DNA of 64,000 bases from Giardia intestinalis (lineage: Eukaryota), in the NCBI GenBank assembly GCA_000002435.2, contig CM018791.1; one strand, 5' to 3'. Of the stretch, positions 9,016 through 19,240 are shown one piece after another. The notes beneath the pieces were generated by a model that had not been told where the DNA came from, searched no databases, and saw only the letters and a list, made by a program, of their open reading frames with translations. Position 1 is the stretch's first letter, and every line of letters starts with the position of its first letter. Made by a program: the position numbers and the translations under genes.

Positions 9016-11170
9016 TTATTTGGATCGTCGATAGGTTAGAATGGTCAGACGTGGGAAACAGGCCATAATATACCAATAGTAGGTATTCGAAGTACATAAG
9101 GTGCTGAGCCCACATATCCTTTGTGATGATCAGCTCTTCAATAGACGCAGAGTTTCCTTCATAAAGCTGTGCAAAGCGTTGCCCTCTTAGATCGAATACC
9201 CCCTTGCCTGCACATAAGTTATTAATATCAGCAAGCGATCGCGGGCACGGGGGCGAAGCTTGTGCATGCAGAAGCTCGAGAATCAAGAGAGATCCCGGGG
9301 TATGGAGGGTGAGGGTCTTCTCAAACGACGGTCTGGATAGCTTGTTAATATACAGCTGCAGAAGATCCTCGTCAGACAACTCATGCAAGAGCGATTGAGA
9401 GGATGCACTTACGCCTCCACTGTATTCTGGCAGTCTCGCGGAGTCATTAGTATACTCTAACATAGTCATTAGTCTATCAACCAATCCTCTTTTTTGTATT
9501 TCATCACGCAAGGATGCACGCCACAGTGTGGTCTGGATGGCGCTCAAAGATAAGCGGCAAACCACATCGCACTCAAGAGCGACTTGATATGAATACATCC
9601 CCAGCTCCCTAGACAGCGGCAAAGACACTGTTGGTGGGGCTCCAAAGCCATAAACCCGTACCCTATCCCCGAGTAGTGGCCGGAAGAAGTAGCCCAATAA
9701 GGCGGCTACTCCGGCGCCCAAGCTGTGGCCGGTAAAAATAAAGGTATATGGCCAGTCTGCTGTATCGTTCAAGATGCTCTCATTTCGGAAGTAAGTAGTG
9801 AAGCTGTGCCGGTCCTTTACGATTGAAAACAGCTGTTCAATATATGGTTTGATTGTATAGAAGAGGCTGCTGCTTGCTAGGTAGATTCCCTGATGTGCAT
9901 ACATCCCATTCTCCATGCTCTTGTCGGTATAATCTACTATGTGATCCTTGAATAGCTTGTTACGGAGCCTTTTGGGTATTTTTCGATTGCAGGTGGATAC
10001 AGACGTGGTTTTGTTCGTCGAGATTGCAGATTGACTACTAATTGATGGATACAAACAACTGCATATCAGGTCATCATAGGCGGGTGGTGGTCGCGTCACT
10101 CGAGTATATCCTACTGTAAGATCGACCTTTATGTCACCAAGAGACATTGTCCCCCGGACCGCAACAACCACTTCGCGCCTGTATGGATCTACATATAGGC
10201 AATGATGAGTTTCGAAGGCCTGGTTTGTCACGTAAAACAAAAGTATCTGGTCAGCTGTTACTCCCATTTCTGTTATAAAAGCATATAGATCGTTGTCGCA
10301 CTCCGCCAAGTACTCACTGACTTGGTGATGTGTTGCTGTATTTATGTAATCCATACTGAAGGCTCTATGAAGCCTTTCGGTACTCAGAGGCCAATCCTGG
10401 GGGCAGCCGTGGATGTATTCTGACTGAGTACTGGATTGACAGTGGGTCTTCTCGCGTGCATTGCTACTGCCATGCCAATCATAACGTATACCACATGCAC
10501 GCCCACTGTTGCCTATAAACTCATGATCCTGGATATTGGGGTCTTCTACTGCATGAATTATCTGCTCACTGTCGGCTTGGGCATGCTCTGTATGCTTCTT
10601 GTTGTTTGTAGCCGTCAGTCGTTTCCTTTCTATATCTAATATTCGTTGGTGATCATCTATATTGAGCTCCATTGTAAGTCTTCGAGTGCAGCTTGGAGTA
10701 GCTGGAAGAAAATCCTCCAGGCTTTCTTCCTTCAGCTCACTTTCCGCCCAGTAGTCTACAGACGGATATATGGTTCTGCCACACTTACTTGTCATCCTCT
10801 CTATTGTTGGTGCGGCGCAAACTGCAGATTGTAGGAGACGCCAACCAATCAATCTCAGTCTAGTGCGAGTATTATATGCTGGTATGTAATTCCTACGGTA
10901 CCCTAGATTATACTTTGTACCTACGCACCCGTACATGGCGAACGACACTCTACAGAAATGCAGGAGGGTCGATAGAAAGTAAATATCATCGATGCGTGAA
11001 TGTGGAGAGTTGCTCAAAGGCTTACCTCTTAATTGCTCCATATCTCTGGCCAGCTTACTTAAAGCCAGACACGTGCTCAGGTGTATCTCCAGATTTCCGT
11101 GAACCGCGTTATTAATGAATGAGGCTAGCATATGATAAACGTCGGTGAAGGATATTCCAAGATGGAGCAT
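9008..11170 (-). CDS. Class-3 (fungal-type) lipase / alpha-beta hydrolase with a ~450-aa N-terminal extension
   Basis: Nucleophile-elbow motif GHSLG within FIFTGHSLGAGVAALLGYFF, and the Lipase_3-type block VVVAVRGTMSLGDIKVDL upstream of it. Confidence 0.75.
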   Translation of the reverse strand: MLHLGISFTDVYHMLASFINNAVHGNLEIHLSTCLALSKLARDMEQLRGKPLSNSPHSRIDDIYFLSTLLHFCRVSFAMYGCVGTKYNLGYRRNYIPAYNTRTRLRLIGWRLLQSAVCAAPTIERMTSKCGRTIYPSVDYWAESELKEESLEDFLPATPSCTRRLTMELNIDDHQRILDIERKRLTATNNKKHTEHAQADSEQIIHAVEDPNIQDHEFIGNSGRACGIRYDWHGSSNAREKTHCQSSTQSEYIHGCPQDWPLSTERLHRAFSMDYINTATHHQVSEYLAECDNDLYAFITEMGVTADQILLFYVTNQAFETHHCLYVDPYRREVVVAVRGTMSLGDIKVDLTVGYTRVTRPPPAYDDLICSCLYPSISSQSAISTNKTTSVSTCNRKIPKRLRNKLFKDHIVDYTDKSMENGMYAHQGIYLASSSLFYTIKPYIEQLFSIVKDRHSFTTYFRNESILNDTADWPYTFIFTGHSLGAGVAALLGYFFRPLLGDRVRVYGFGAPPTVSLPLSRELGMYSYQVALECDVVCRLSLSAIQTTLWRASLRDEIQKRGLVDRLMTMLEYTNDSARLPEYSGGVSASSQSLLHELSDEDLLQLYINKLSRPSFEKTLTLHTPGSLLILELLHAQASPPCPRSLADINNLCAGKGVFDLRGQRFAQLYEGNSASIEELIITKDMWAQHLMYFEYLLLVYYGLFPTSDHSNLSTIQIND

Positions 11171-11469
11171 TGTCCACTGATCTACAGTTCGTCAACTTAG
11201 TTTGCTCAAAGATTTATAAAAACTGTCTTCTCTCTTCGCGCTGTTGAGGTGGTGAGCTGAAGTTAACGGGGTGATACGGATTTATCTTAGGAAGTGTATG
11301 CTTCATAGCGAAGCATTGGCTCCCCAGTTGGGTTTGGTTTAATAGGATTTACGATAGACTCATGAAAGGCCTTGAGACATGTACTCTCGAGAAAGCTAAA
11401 ATATTTTGTAGGAGGTAAACAGGTAGGATAAGATGCACTTTCTGAGACAGTTTACACGGTCTGTATGGC

Positions 11470-11518
11470 TTGTAAGAACAAGAAAAACGTGGAATTCGTC
11501 TAAGAATAAACAACAGCT
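11470..11518 (+). promoter_or_regulatory. A/T-rich initiator-like element immediately upstream of the HCMP ATG
   Basis: The sequence aagaacaagaaaaacg...taagaataaacaacagctATG. Giardia-type promoters are short A/T-rich elements abutting the start codon. Confidence 0.3.
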
Positions 11519-14500
11519 ATGATTTCGCTTTCCCTTAGGCTTGGGTTGATCGTAGCTGCTTGTGTCACTCCTGCGACGAGAAGCCCACAGTCTGGAGATT
11601 GTTTAATAGGCAAGTGTACAGTCTTAGACGGGCAATATTGCGCCGAGTGTGCAATCCCCGGAGAGGTGCCCATCAACGGGGTATGCATCCCCCTCACTGA
11701 TCCCAGGGCAGTGGCATCTGGCTGCGGAGGCAGTGCAGAGGCTCCGCTGAGTACATCCGCCAGGAGGTGCGAATTTTGCCGCGGCGGAAGCTACTTTCTC
11801 CACGAGGGAGGGTGCTATAACGTGCTCTATAGCCCCGGAAACCGCATATGCAGAACTGCTACATCAGGATACTGCACGTTGTGTGTAGATGGATTCTTTC
11901 TAGACACAACATCCAGCATTCACCAGTGCAAGCCTTGCCACTCCACATGTGCCACGTGCACAAGCGGCACTGCTCAGTCCTGCCTCAGTTGCCGGTCAGA
12001 TCGGTTTCTCAAGACCAACGAATGTAAGGAGTGCTCTGCTGCAGATGGTGGAGTAACAGCTTGTGCACAGTGCTCTCAAAACTCCGACGAGATCACTTGC
12101 ACTCTGTGTAAAGAAAAGTACTTCGTTAAAGAGGGTAAGTGCACCGCTTGTGCTGCCAACTGTGCCACATGCACAGGCGAAAGACCAGAGGATTGTAGTG
12201 TATGCGTGAGCAAGTACTCGTACGACCTTACTGCCAAAAGCTGTACGCAGACATGTGATGAGCACGATAGCCAGGCAACCAAATGCAAAACAAGCATGTG
12301 CACCGCGCTGAATAACAGATACTGCTCTCAGTGCGCTAGCAGTAGCGACCTTCTTATTGATGGGAAATGCGTCTCTGCAGATGACAAGAAGATCTGCACC
12401 CCATTCGATCCCCCCAACGGCACCTGTAGTACCTGTGCCAAGGGGCATTTGCTCTTTCAGGGAGGCTGCTATAGCGTAGCAGAACCTCTGGGGCAGGAGG
12501 TGTGTGCAGAGACCTCCGAGGTCCAGGAGCGTACGGTCTGTGTCCGATGTGCGCAGTCGGGCTTCGTGCCTGTCTCAGGGGTCTGTTTGAGGTACGACGC
12601 GCAAGAGGTGGCAGCAGTGGGCTGTGTGACGTCCCGGGGCTCTGCGGTCACACCCACAGACACGACATGTGCAAGTTGTGGAGCGAAAGCTTTCCTCTAC
12701 AAAGGTGGCTGCTACTCAAACGAGACGTCGCCCGGGAACGTCATATGCGACGAGCTGGACGGCACAGGTGGCTGCAAAGTGTGCAGTAACAAGTACTACC
12801 GCAGTGGCAGCACGTGCGCACCATGCCACCAGTCCTGTGAAACGTGCAGTAGCGGTGCTGCCGACAGCTGCCTGTCCTGCAAAAAGGATGTCTACTTTGA
12901 GGTTTTCAGCGGGGGGCGCGGCTATTGCAAGCCCTGCAACGATCCGGTGGCCACCATCACGATCGTAGGGGTCGCAAATTGCGAAAGGTGCAGCCCCAAG
13001 CCCAGCGGGACCATGCCTATCTGCACAAAGTGCACCACCGGGCATGTCCTCAAGGGCAACAGCTGTGTGCAGGTTTGTCATGAAGGGGCTGAGGGGGCGG
13101 GACAGTGCAAAACGGGACACTGCAATACCATTTCCAACACTTATTGTTCAGAGTGCGCCACATCTACAGAATGTCCTGTTGACGGCATATGCACAGCAAC
13201 CCTAGATGGGCACAGTGCACAAGACGGCGCCTGCACATCCTGCGCATCGGGGTACTTTCTATACAACGGGGGATGCTACCGAAAGGGTGTCATGCCTGGC
13301 ATGCTTATCTGCAAAGATGAAGACGACAGCACCAGCACCTGTTCCAAGTGCGAAGATGGATACATGTCATCGGGCAACGGATGCAAGGTCTGCGAGGTTA
13401 GCAACTGCCGGGCCTGCTCCGGAGATGCCGCCTCCTGCACCAGCTGCAACTCGGGATACTTCCTCAAGGACAACATAAAGGGGTCGAAGGTCTGCGAAAA
13501 GGTCTGCGAGGAGGGCATCGGCCCAGGGAAGTGTATCTACGGAGGATGCACGGTTCGAGACAACACCTTTTGCAGCAGATGCAGCGAGGCAGACGAAGTC
13601 CCCATAGATGGAGTTTGCTCGTTGCCAGAAAAACGGGCCCGCATATGTCTGAGTGCCTCTTCGGGAGCATGCCTTCGCTGCGCCGCAACCCACCTGCTGT
13701 ACTACGGCGGGTGCTATAAGATTACCCAGCCAGTGATCGAGATCTGCAAACAAGATAGTCAGATAGTAGAAAAGGACACTGCCTATTGCAAAGCATGTAG
13801 TGATGCGGGCGAGTACCCTGTCGATGGGTCATGCACAGCAGAGCTTGACGGAAATACGTGCACAAGCAGTAAGTGCACTGCATGCGGGTCCGGCTACTTT
13901 ATGCACAGGGGAATATGCATGCGGCAGGAATCACACTCAGATATCTGTGCCAGGGTCGGGGCTGGGGTCTGTGAGGAGTGTGGCAAATCGTACTTCAAGA
14001 ACCCGGTGGCTAGCACGGCGATAGACTCATGCATTGCGTGCAGCGATACAGCTGGAAGCAACGGATATACTGGAATAGATCACTGCGATACATGCCTGCC
14101 TCCTAAAGCAGCAGGACCGGCTACCTGTACAGACTGCGCAGATAGGTACATCTTGAACGAGCAGAATCGATGCGAAGAATCCTGTCCAGAAGTAGAGGAG
14201 AGCAGCAAGGCGACAGGAAAGTGTTTGAAGGGCTACTGCAACGTGCTCAACGGGAAGTATTGTTCCAGGTGTTCGCTAGAGTCAGATTATCTCGTGGATG
14301 GAAGGTGTACCTCCACCAATAGTAATGTTTGCACACCGCACACACAACAAAATGGTATGTGTGCGTCGTGTGCGATGACCCACATCCTTTACATGGGCGG
14401 GTGCTACAATCCAGCTGCGCCTCCCGGGAGTAAAGCGTGCGCTAGGCATAACCTGATAGGCAACACGCTATACTGCTTCCAGTGCGGAGTCGTGACAGAC

Positions 14501-17500
14501 CTTCTGGTCGATGGACACTGCCTTGCGCCCGGCAGTACAGAAGCTGCGGTGTGCACTCTGCACCGCATCCCCACTGGCACGTGCTACTATTGCAGCAGCG
14601 ACTACTTCCTGATGCTTGGGAGCTGCGTCTCGGCAGAAAGGGCTCCTGGAAACACGGTTTGCAAAGACCTTGGAGTGCATGACGGCATTTGCAGCACCTG
14701 CAAGGATGGATACTACGCGCCCCCCGACCGCTCAAGTGTCAGCGACTCGTGTGTTCCGTGCACAGAGAACAGCGACACGCTGAAGGGCATACCCCACTGC
14801 AAGAGCTGCAAGGTTTCCAACGGACTCCTGGTCTGTGTTGCCTGCGAGCAGTTCTACAGACCAATGAACGGGGGAACGGAGTGCGTGCAAACGTGCATTG
14901 AGGCAGAGGCAGACCCCAAGGAGCACAGGTGCAGAAAGGACAAGTGTGATGTCCTGGGCACGTTCTACTGCTCCCAGTGCGCTGCTGATGCCGAGGGCCC
15001 AGTCAACGGCGTGTGTGCTTCAGTGGCCGCAGGCGTGTGCATACAATATAAACAAGCTAATGGCACCTGCAAATACTGCACCCACGGATACATCAAGTAC
15101 AAGGGTGGCTGCTATGAAGCGGGGTCGTTCGAGGCGGGGGACATCTGCGACGCCCAGGATGTCGTGACCTCGGGTGCAGGGTCGTTTTGTGCAAAGTGTA
15201 AGCAGAAGGATGAGGTGCCCGTTGATGGGGAATGCAAGGTCTCGGATGACTGCACCGTCAAGGGAGATGGCATCTGCAGGTCGTGCAAACAGGGTGTTAA
15301 GTCATTCCAGATAACCAAGGATGGAAGTCCTGCAACGGTTGCATGCTTTACTAAGTGTCCGGATGGGATGTATGAGTCTGCTGAGTTCTGTCAGCTGTGC
15401 GATAAGAGCTGCAAGACGTGTCAAGATAGTGCAGCAAAATGCACGGGATGCGCAGACGGCTTCTATCTTGCGGCCGGAAAGTGTGTTGCTTGCAGCGTGC
15501 TCCACTGCTTGACGTGCAATGCGGCAAATACCTGCGCCTCTTGCCAGGATGGGTATTATGCCAGTGGGAACTCGTGTGTTGCATGCACACCCGGGTGTAA
15601 GAAGTGCGATAGTACTGGGTGTAAGGTCTGCAAGGATAGATTTGCACTGAGGAATAACATATGTATTGAGGAATGCCCCGTTGGATTGCTTTCCACGTCC
15701 TGTGCTGCAGGATACTGCAATGTCAACGGCACGCTCGCATGCAGCCGCTGTGCGCTATTAAACAGCGTTATCATCGACGGAAAGTGCAAAGCGAATGACG
15801 ACGCTTGCATCCGTACAACCCCATCCAGCGGGACGTGTGCGGCTTGCAAGGACACACACCTCCTCTACTATGGGGGCTGCTATGCTAAAGGCGCAGCAGC
15901 TGGGACTGCCATATGTGACAGCCAGCACCAGGCTACGCTGGGCCCGTACACGATCTGCAAGCAATGCAAGCGAGACGGGGAAGTCCCGATCGACGGCTCG
16001 TGCGTTGCATTGGCTAACACTAGGGCAATCAGATCGCAATGTGTCGCTGCCACACCAAGCCCCACGTCGTGCACACGCTGCGGGCCAAGGTTCTTCCTGC
16101 ACGCCGGGGGGTGCTACGAGATAGGACGCTCGCCTGGAACGGTGCTCTGTGCGGTGGCCGTCGACTCAGCAGTTGCAGGAGTGTGCACATCGTGTGCCTC
16201 CGGGTACTACAGCACAGGCCTACTCGATCCCACAAAGGAGTCCTGCATCCTATGTAATGATACAGGTGCAACAAATGGATACACGGGCATTGACGGCTGC
16301 ACAGAGTGCTATCCAAGCGAGACACCAAAGAGGGTCATCTGCACGCGATGCAAGGACAAGCACATTCCTAGCGAGGACGGCTCGCGGTGTATCCAAAGCT
16401 GCAACGACAGTAGATCAGAGTCTGGTAACTGTAAGGCTGGCAGCTGTACGGCGATGGGCTCGCTGTACTGTTCCAGGTGTGCGCTGGATGACGAGTGGCC
16501 GATCAACGGGGCTTGCACGGGGCGTGATACGGACTATGTTTGCGAGAAGGGGAAGGGCGTCTGCACAGGGTGCCTACGCGGATACATGCTCTACATGGGC
16601 GGGTGCTATGACCCTGCCGCGATTCCCGGGTCTGGCATTTGTAGGGAGCTTCTGACAGTCGGAGGGCGCACATATTGCAAGCAGTGCAATCTTGCAGGAG
16701 CGTTTCCAATAAATGGCCTGTGTACAAAGGATGTGCCAGATGGTGTCTCGTGCTCCAGCGGTTTATGCGTCATATGTCCCGAGAACTACTTCTTCCACGA
16801 GGGAGGCTGCTATGATATCACGACTACTCCTGGAAGTGGGATTTGCGAAGTCCTTGGAACAGGCCGCGATGCCGGGACCTGTCGGCGGTGCAGACCCGGC
16901 TACCGTCACAACAAGGAGACGCTGACGTGCATGTCCTGCGCCGTCTCCAACTGCGCCAGCTGCGAGATAGACGTGAAGTACTGCACAGAATGCATTCAGC
17001 CCTACACGCTGACAGGCGTCGGGGCCGGGGCATACTGCACGAAGCCCTGCAAAAGAGTGGGGCAGGACGCTTGCAGTTGGGGCTCCTGCACAATAATGGA
17101 CGGGTCTCTGTGCTCGCAGTGCGCGTCGAGTGATTACGTGCCGATCGACGGCGTCTGCACACTCTATCCTGGAGATGCTCGCTCACTGGCCGGTCCATGC
17201 GTAAAGGACGCCACGAAGGGCCGCTGCACCGCGTGCCGAGGGAGCTACTTCCTCTACCAGGGGGGCTGCTACTCCGCAGGCGAGTACCCCGGTACGGGCA
17301 TCTGCGATGAGCGCGATGCAACAGTCGTCGACGGCCAGGTCGTCTGCGGGAGCTGCCTGATCGACGGAGAGGTTCCTCTGGATGGCACGTGCGCAGAGCC
17401 GAAGGAGGGACTTATCTGCAGCAAGGGCGTGTGCTCGCACTGCGGAGACGGGATGTTCCTCTTCGAGGGCGCCTGCTACACAAAGGGAAGGGCGCCGGGG

Positions 17501-19138
17501 ACGAGCATTTGTGGAGACACCACGGAGTCGACGTCCGGGTGCGCTGCATGCGAGGCAGGCTTTTCCAAGACAAACAAGGGCTGCGTGCGCTGCTCCGATC
17601 CCAACTGCGGCGCGTGCGTAGACGACCCCAATACGTGCACCGCTTGCAGGGCCGGATACTATCTCCAGAGCACGTCCTGCATTGCGTGCCACCCGGCGTG
17701 CAAGACGTGCGATGGTATGGGGGCTGATAAATGCAAAGAGTGCGCCGAGGGATACTTTGGCACGTTCGCCACGCCTGGCCTGGGAGCCTGTCTTGCCTGC
17801 TCGGACACGTCTGGCAAGGACAGCTGGGTGGGAGTGAGTGGCTGCAGGCTCTGTGAGGCTCCGAAGGTAGCGGGCCCCGCACTGTGCAAGGACTGTCTCC
17901 CGGGCTACAAGGCGCTCTCGACCGGGACAGAGGTGACCTGCCATGCAGTCTGTCCAATGACGTACTACGAGGCCGCTGACAGCTGCATCCCGTGCGCGAT
18001 CGACAACTGTGCAACGTGTACAAGCACGAGATGCACCAGCTGCGTCCCAGAGCACATCTGGAACGGCGAAGAGTGCGTCCCCAAGATCTGCCCTCCGCAG
18101 TGCCTCTGTAGGGAGCAAAGTATAGCGTGCATAGGATGCAACGAGAACGCCGTTGAGGTCAGGCCGACCCACTCCAGCGCCAGCAGGTGCCTGCTGTGCA
18201 ACGACGCGGGGGCAGGCGGAGGATGGACAGGGGTCGACGGCTGCCAGAGGTGCCGCCTCGCTGATCGCGTGGGCCCGGTCGTCTGCCTGGCGTGCGAGAG
18301 TGGACGCAAGGCGCTGACTCTGGACGGGATGCTCCTGTGCCCCCGCGAATGTCCGACAGAGAGCTTCTGGACAAGCGGCAGGGAATGCATCCCCTGCGCG
18401 CTTGGTTGCCTCCGCTGCACATCTGCTACTACATGCAGCGCGTGCAGCCAGGGATACTACTCGACGCAAAGCTCTGTCTCTGCTCCGTCCGATTGCCGCC
18501 CGTGCGATGATGTGACAAGCCAGAACGGTTTCACGGGAATTCCACACTGTGCCGTGTGCGCGGCAGACCGGGCAAGGGCGGGGGTCACGTGCCACGCCTG
18601 CGCAGAGGGCTACGGGCTCTCCGGGGGCTCGTGCAGCCCGTGCACCGCGGCCGGTTGCGCCCGTTGCGACGGGGGTGTCTGCACCTCCTGCAAGAGGGGC
18701 TGGCACCTGGCGGGCGACCGCTGCCTGGCATGCCCCTCTCCGTGCGCCGCCTGCTCGTCGGCAGCCAGCTGTCTGGCCTGTGCCGACGGGTACTTCCAGG
18801 CGACGCTCCTCGGAGGCCCCCGAGACTGTGTGCCCTGCGACCAGACGGCACCCCAGGGGCTTCAGATGGCAGGCATCCACGGGTGCGGGCTCTGCCAGGC
18901 GCAGGCAGGGTCAGGCGCCGTCCTCTGCCTCCGTTGTGCGAACGGAAACCTCCCCCTGGAGAACTACTGCGGAGGCTCGTCGGTCAAGCGCCGCCTCGGC
19001 CCGGGCGCGATCACAGGGATCACCCTTGGCGTGGCCGTTCTTGTAGGCGGGGCCATTGGCCTTGCACTCGGCCTGACAGTGTGCAAGCGCGGGTGCGCAG
19101 GCAGTACAGGTGAAGGATTACGGCCACTTTACGCATAG
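11519..19138 (+). CDS. High-cysteine membrane protein (VSP/HCMP superfamily), 2539 aa
   Basis: N-terminal signal peptide. Dozens of CXXC/CXC modules with repeated GGCY motifs (FLHEGGCY, LLFQGGCY, FLYKGGCY, LLYYGGCY...). Single C-terminal TM helix (ITGITLGVAVLVGGAIGLALGLTV) and a short tail CKRGCAGSTGEGLRPLYA. The GC-rich coding sequence produces many spurious antisense ORFs in the track. Confidence 0.85.
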   Translation: MISLSLRLGLIVAACVTPATRSPQSGDCLIGKCTVLDGQYCAECAIPGEVPINGVCIPLTDPRAVASGCGGSAEAPLSTSARRCEFCRGGSYFLHEGGCYNVLYSPGNRICRTATSGYCTLCVDGFFLDTTSSIHQCKPCHSTCATCTSGTAQSCLSCRSDRFLKTNECKECSAADGGVTACAQCSQNSDEITCTLCKEKYFVKEGKCTACAANCATCTGERPEDCSVCVSKYSYDLTAKSCTQTCDEHDSQATKCKTSMCTALNNRYCSQCASSSDLLIDGKCVSADDKKICTPFDPPNGTCSTCAKGHLLFQGGCYSVAEPLGQEVCAETSEVQERTVCVRCAQSGFVPVSGVCLRYDAQEVAAVGCVTSRGSAVTPTDTTCASCGAKAFLYKGGCYSNETSPGNVICDELDGTGGCKVCSNKYYRSGSTCAPCHQSCETCSSGAADSCLSCKKDVYFEVFSGGRGYCKPCNDPVATITIVGVANCERCSPKPSGTMPICTKCTTGHVLKGNSCVQVCHEGAEGAGQCKTGHCNTISNTYCSECATSTECPVDGICTATLDGHSAQDGACTSCASGYFLYNGGCYRKGVMPGMLICKDEDDSTSTCSKCEDGYMSSGNGCKVCEVSNCRACSGDAASCTSCNSGYFLKDNIKGSKVCEKVCEEGIGPGKCIYGGCTVRDNTFCSRCSEADEVPIDGVCSLPEKRARICLSASSGACLRCAATHLLYYGGCYKITQPVIEICKQDSQIVEKDTAYCKACSDAGEYPVDGSCTAELDGNTCTSSKCTACGSGYFMHRGICMRQESHSDICARVGAGVCEECGKSYFKNPVASTAIDSCIACSDTAGSNGYTGIDHCDTCLPPKAAGPATCTDCADRYILNEQNRCEESCPEVEESSKATGKCLKGYCNVLNGKYCSRCSLESDYLVDGRCTSTNSNVCTPHTQQNGMCASCAMTHILYMGGCYNPAAPPGSKACARHNLIGNTLYCFQCGVVTDLLVDGHCLAPGSTEAAVCTLHRIPTGTCYYCSSDYFLMLGSCVSAERAPGNTVCKDLGVHDGICSTCKDGYYAPPDRSSVSDSCVPCTENSDTLKGIPHCKSCKVSNGLLVCVACEQFYRPMNGGTECVQTCIEAEADPKEHRCRKDKCDVLGTFYCSQCAADAEGPVNGVCASVAAGVCIQYKQANGTCKYCTHGYIKYKGGCYEAGSFEAGDICDAQDVVTSGAGSFCAKCKQKDEVPVDGECKVSDDCTVKGDGICRSCKQGVKSFQITKDGSPATVACFTKCPDGMYESAEFCQLCDKSCKTCQDSAAKCTGCADGFYLAAGKCVACSVLHCLTCNAANTCASCQDGYYASGNSCVACTPGCKKCDSTGCKVCKDRFALRNNICIEECPVGLLSTSCAAGYCNVNGTLACSRCALLNSVIIDGKCKANDDACIRTTPSSGTCAACKDTHLLYYGGCYAKGAAAGTAICDSQHQATLGPYTICKQCKRDGEVPIDGSCVALANTRAIRSQCVAATPSPTSCTRCGPRFFLHAGGCYEIGRSPGTVLCAVAVDSAVAGVCTSCASGYYSTGLLDPTKESCILCNDTGATNGYTGIDGCTECYPSETPKRVICTRCKDKHIPSEDGSRCIQSCNDSRSESGNCKAGSCTAMGSLYCSRCALDDEWPINGACTGRDTDYVCEKGKGVCTGCLRGYMLYMGGCYDPAAIPGSGICRELLTVGGRTYCKQCNLAGAFPINGLCTKDVPDGVSCSSGLCVICPENYFFHEGGCYDITTTPGSGICEVLGTGRDAGTCRRCRPGYRHNKETLTCMSCAVSNCASCEIDVKYCTECIQPYTLTGVGAGAYCTKPCKRVGQDACSWGSCTIMDGSLCSQCASSDYVPIDGVCTLYPGDARSLAGPCVKDATKGRCTACRGSYFLYQGGCYSAGEYPGTGICDERDATVVDGQVVCGSCLIDGEVPLDGTCAEPKEGLICSKGVCSHCGDGMFLFEGACYTKGRAPGTSICGDTTESTSGCAACEAGFSKTNKGCVRCSDPNCGACVDDPNTCTACRAGYYLQSTSCIACHPACKTCDGMGADKCKECAEGYFGTFATPGLGACLACSDTSGKDSWVGVSGCRLCEAPKVAGPALCKDCLPGYKALSTGTEVTCHAVCPMTYYEAADSCIPCAIDNCATCTSTRCTSCVPEHIWNGEECVPKICPPQCLCREQSIACIGCNENAVEVRPTHSSASRCLLCNDAGAGGGWTGVDGCQRCRLADRVGPVVCLACESGRKALTLDGMLLCPRECPTESFWTSGRECIPCALGCLRCTSATTCSACSQGYYSTQSSVSAPSDCRPCDDVTSQNGFTGIPHCAVCAADRARAGVTCHACAEGYGLSGGSCSPCTAAGCARCDGGVCTSCKRGWHLAGDRCLACPSPCAACSSAASCLACADGYFQATLLGGPRDCVPCDQTAPQGLQMAGIHGCGLCQAQAGSGAVLCLRCANGNLPLENYCGGSSVKRRLGPGAITGITLGVAVLVGGAIGLALGLTVCKRGCAGSTGEGLRPLYA

Positions 19139-19143
19139 TAAAT
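19137..19143 (+). promoter_or_regulatory. Putative polyadenylation signal AGTAAAT overlapping the HCMP stop codon
   Basis: tAGTAAATgg. It matches the Giardia AGTRAAY polyadenylation consensus, which normally lies within ~10-30 nt of the stop. Confidence 0.4.
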
Positions 19144-19240
19144 GGTCCTATTCTCCTCGTGACGTTACAAAAACGAAATAGTTCTGGGGGAAATTTACTT
19201 ACACTAAGGCGTCCACAAGAGCTCAGCGCGCTTAACATAC

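Noticed and set aside
17183-18880. 565-aa minus-strand ORF (Ala/Arg/Gly-rich) and many other 60-200-aa ORFs between 11996 and 19113
   Set aside because: They are entirely antisense to, or frame-shifted within, the GC-rich HCMP gene. Their low-complexity Ala/Arg/Pro composition is typical of spurious ORFs in GC-rich coding DNA.
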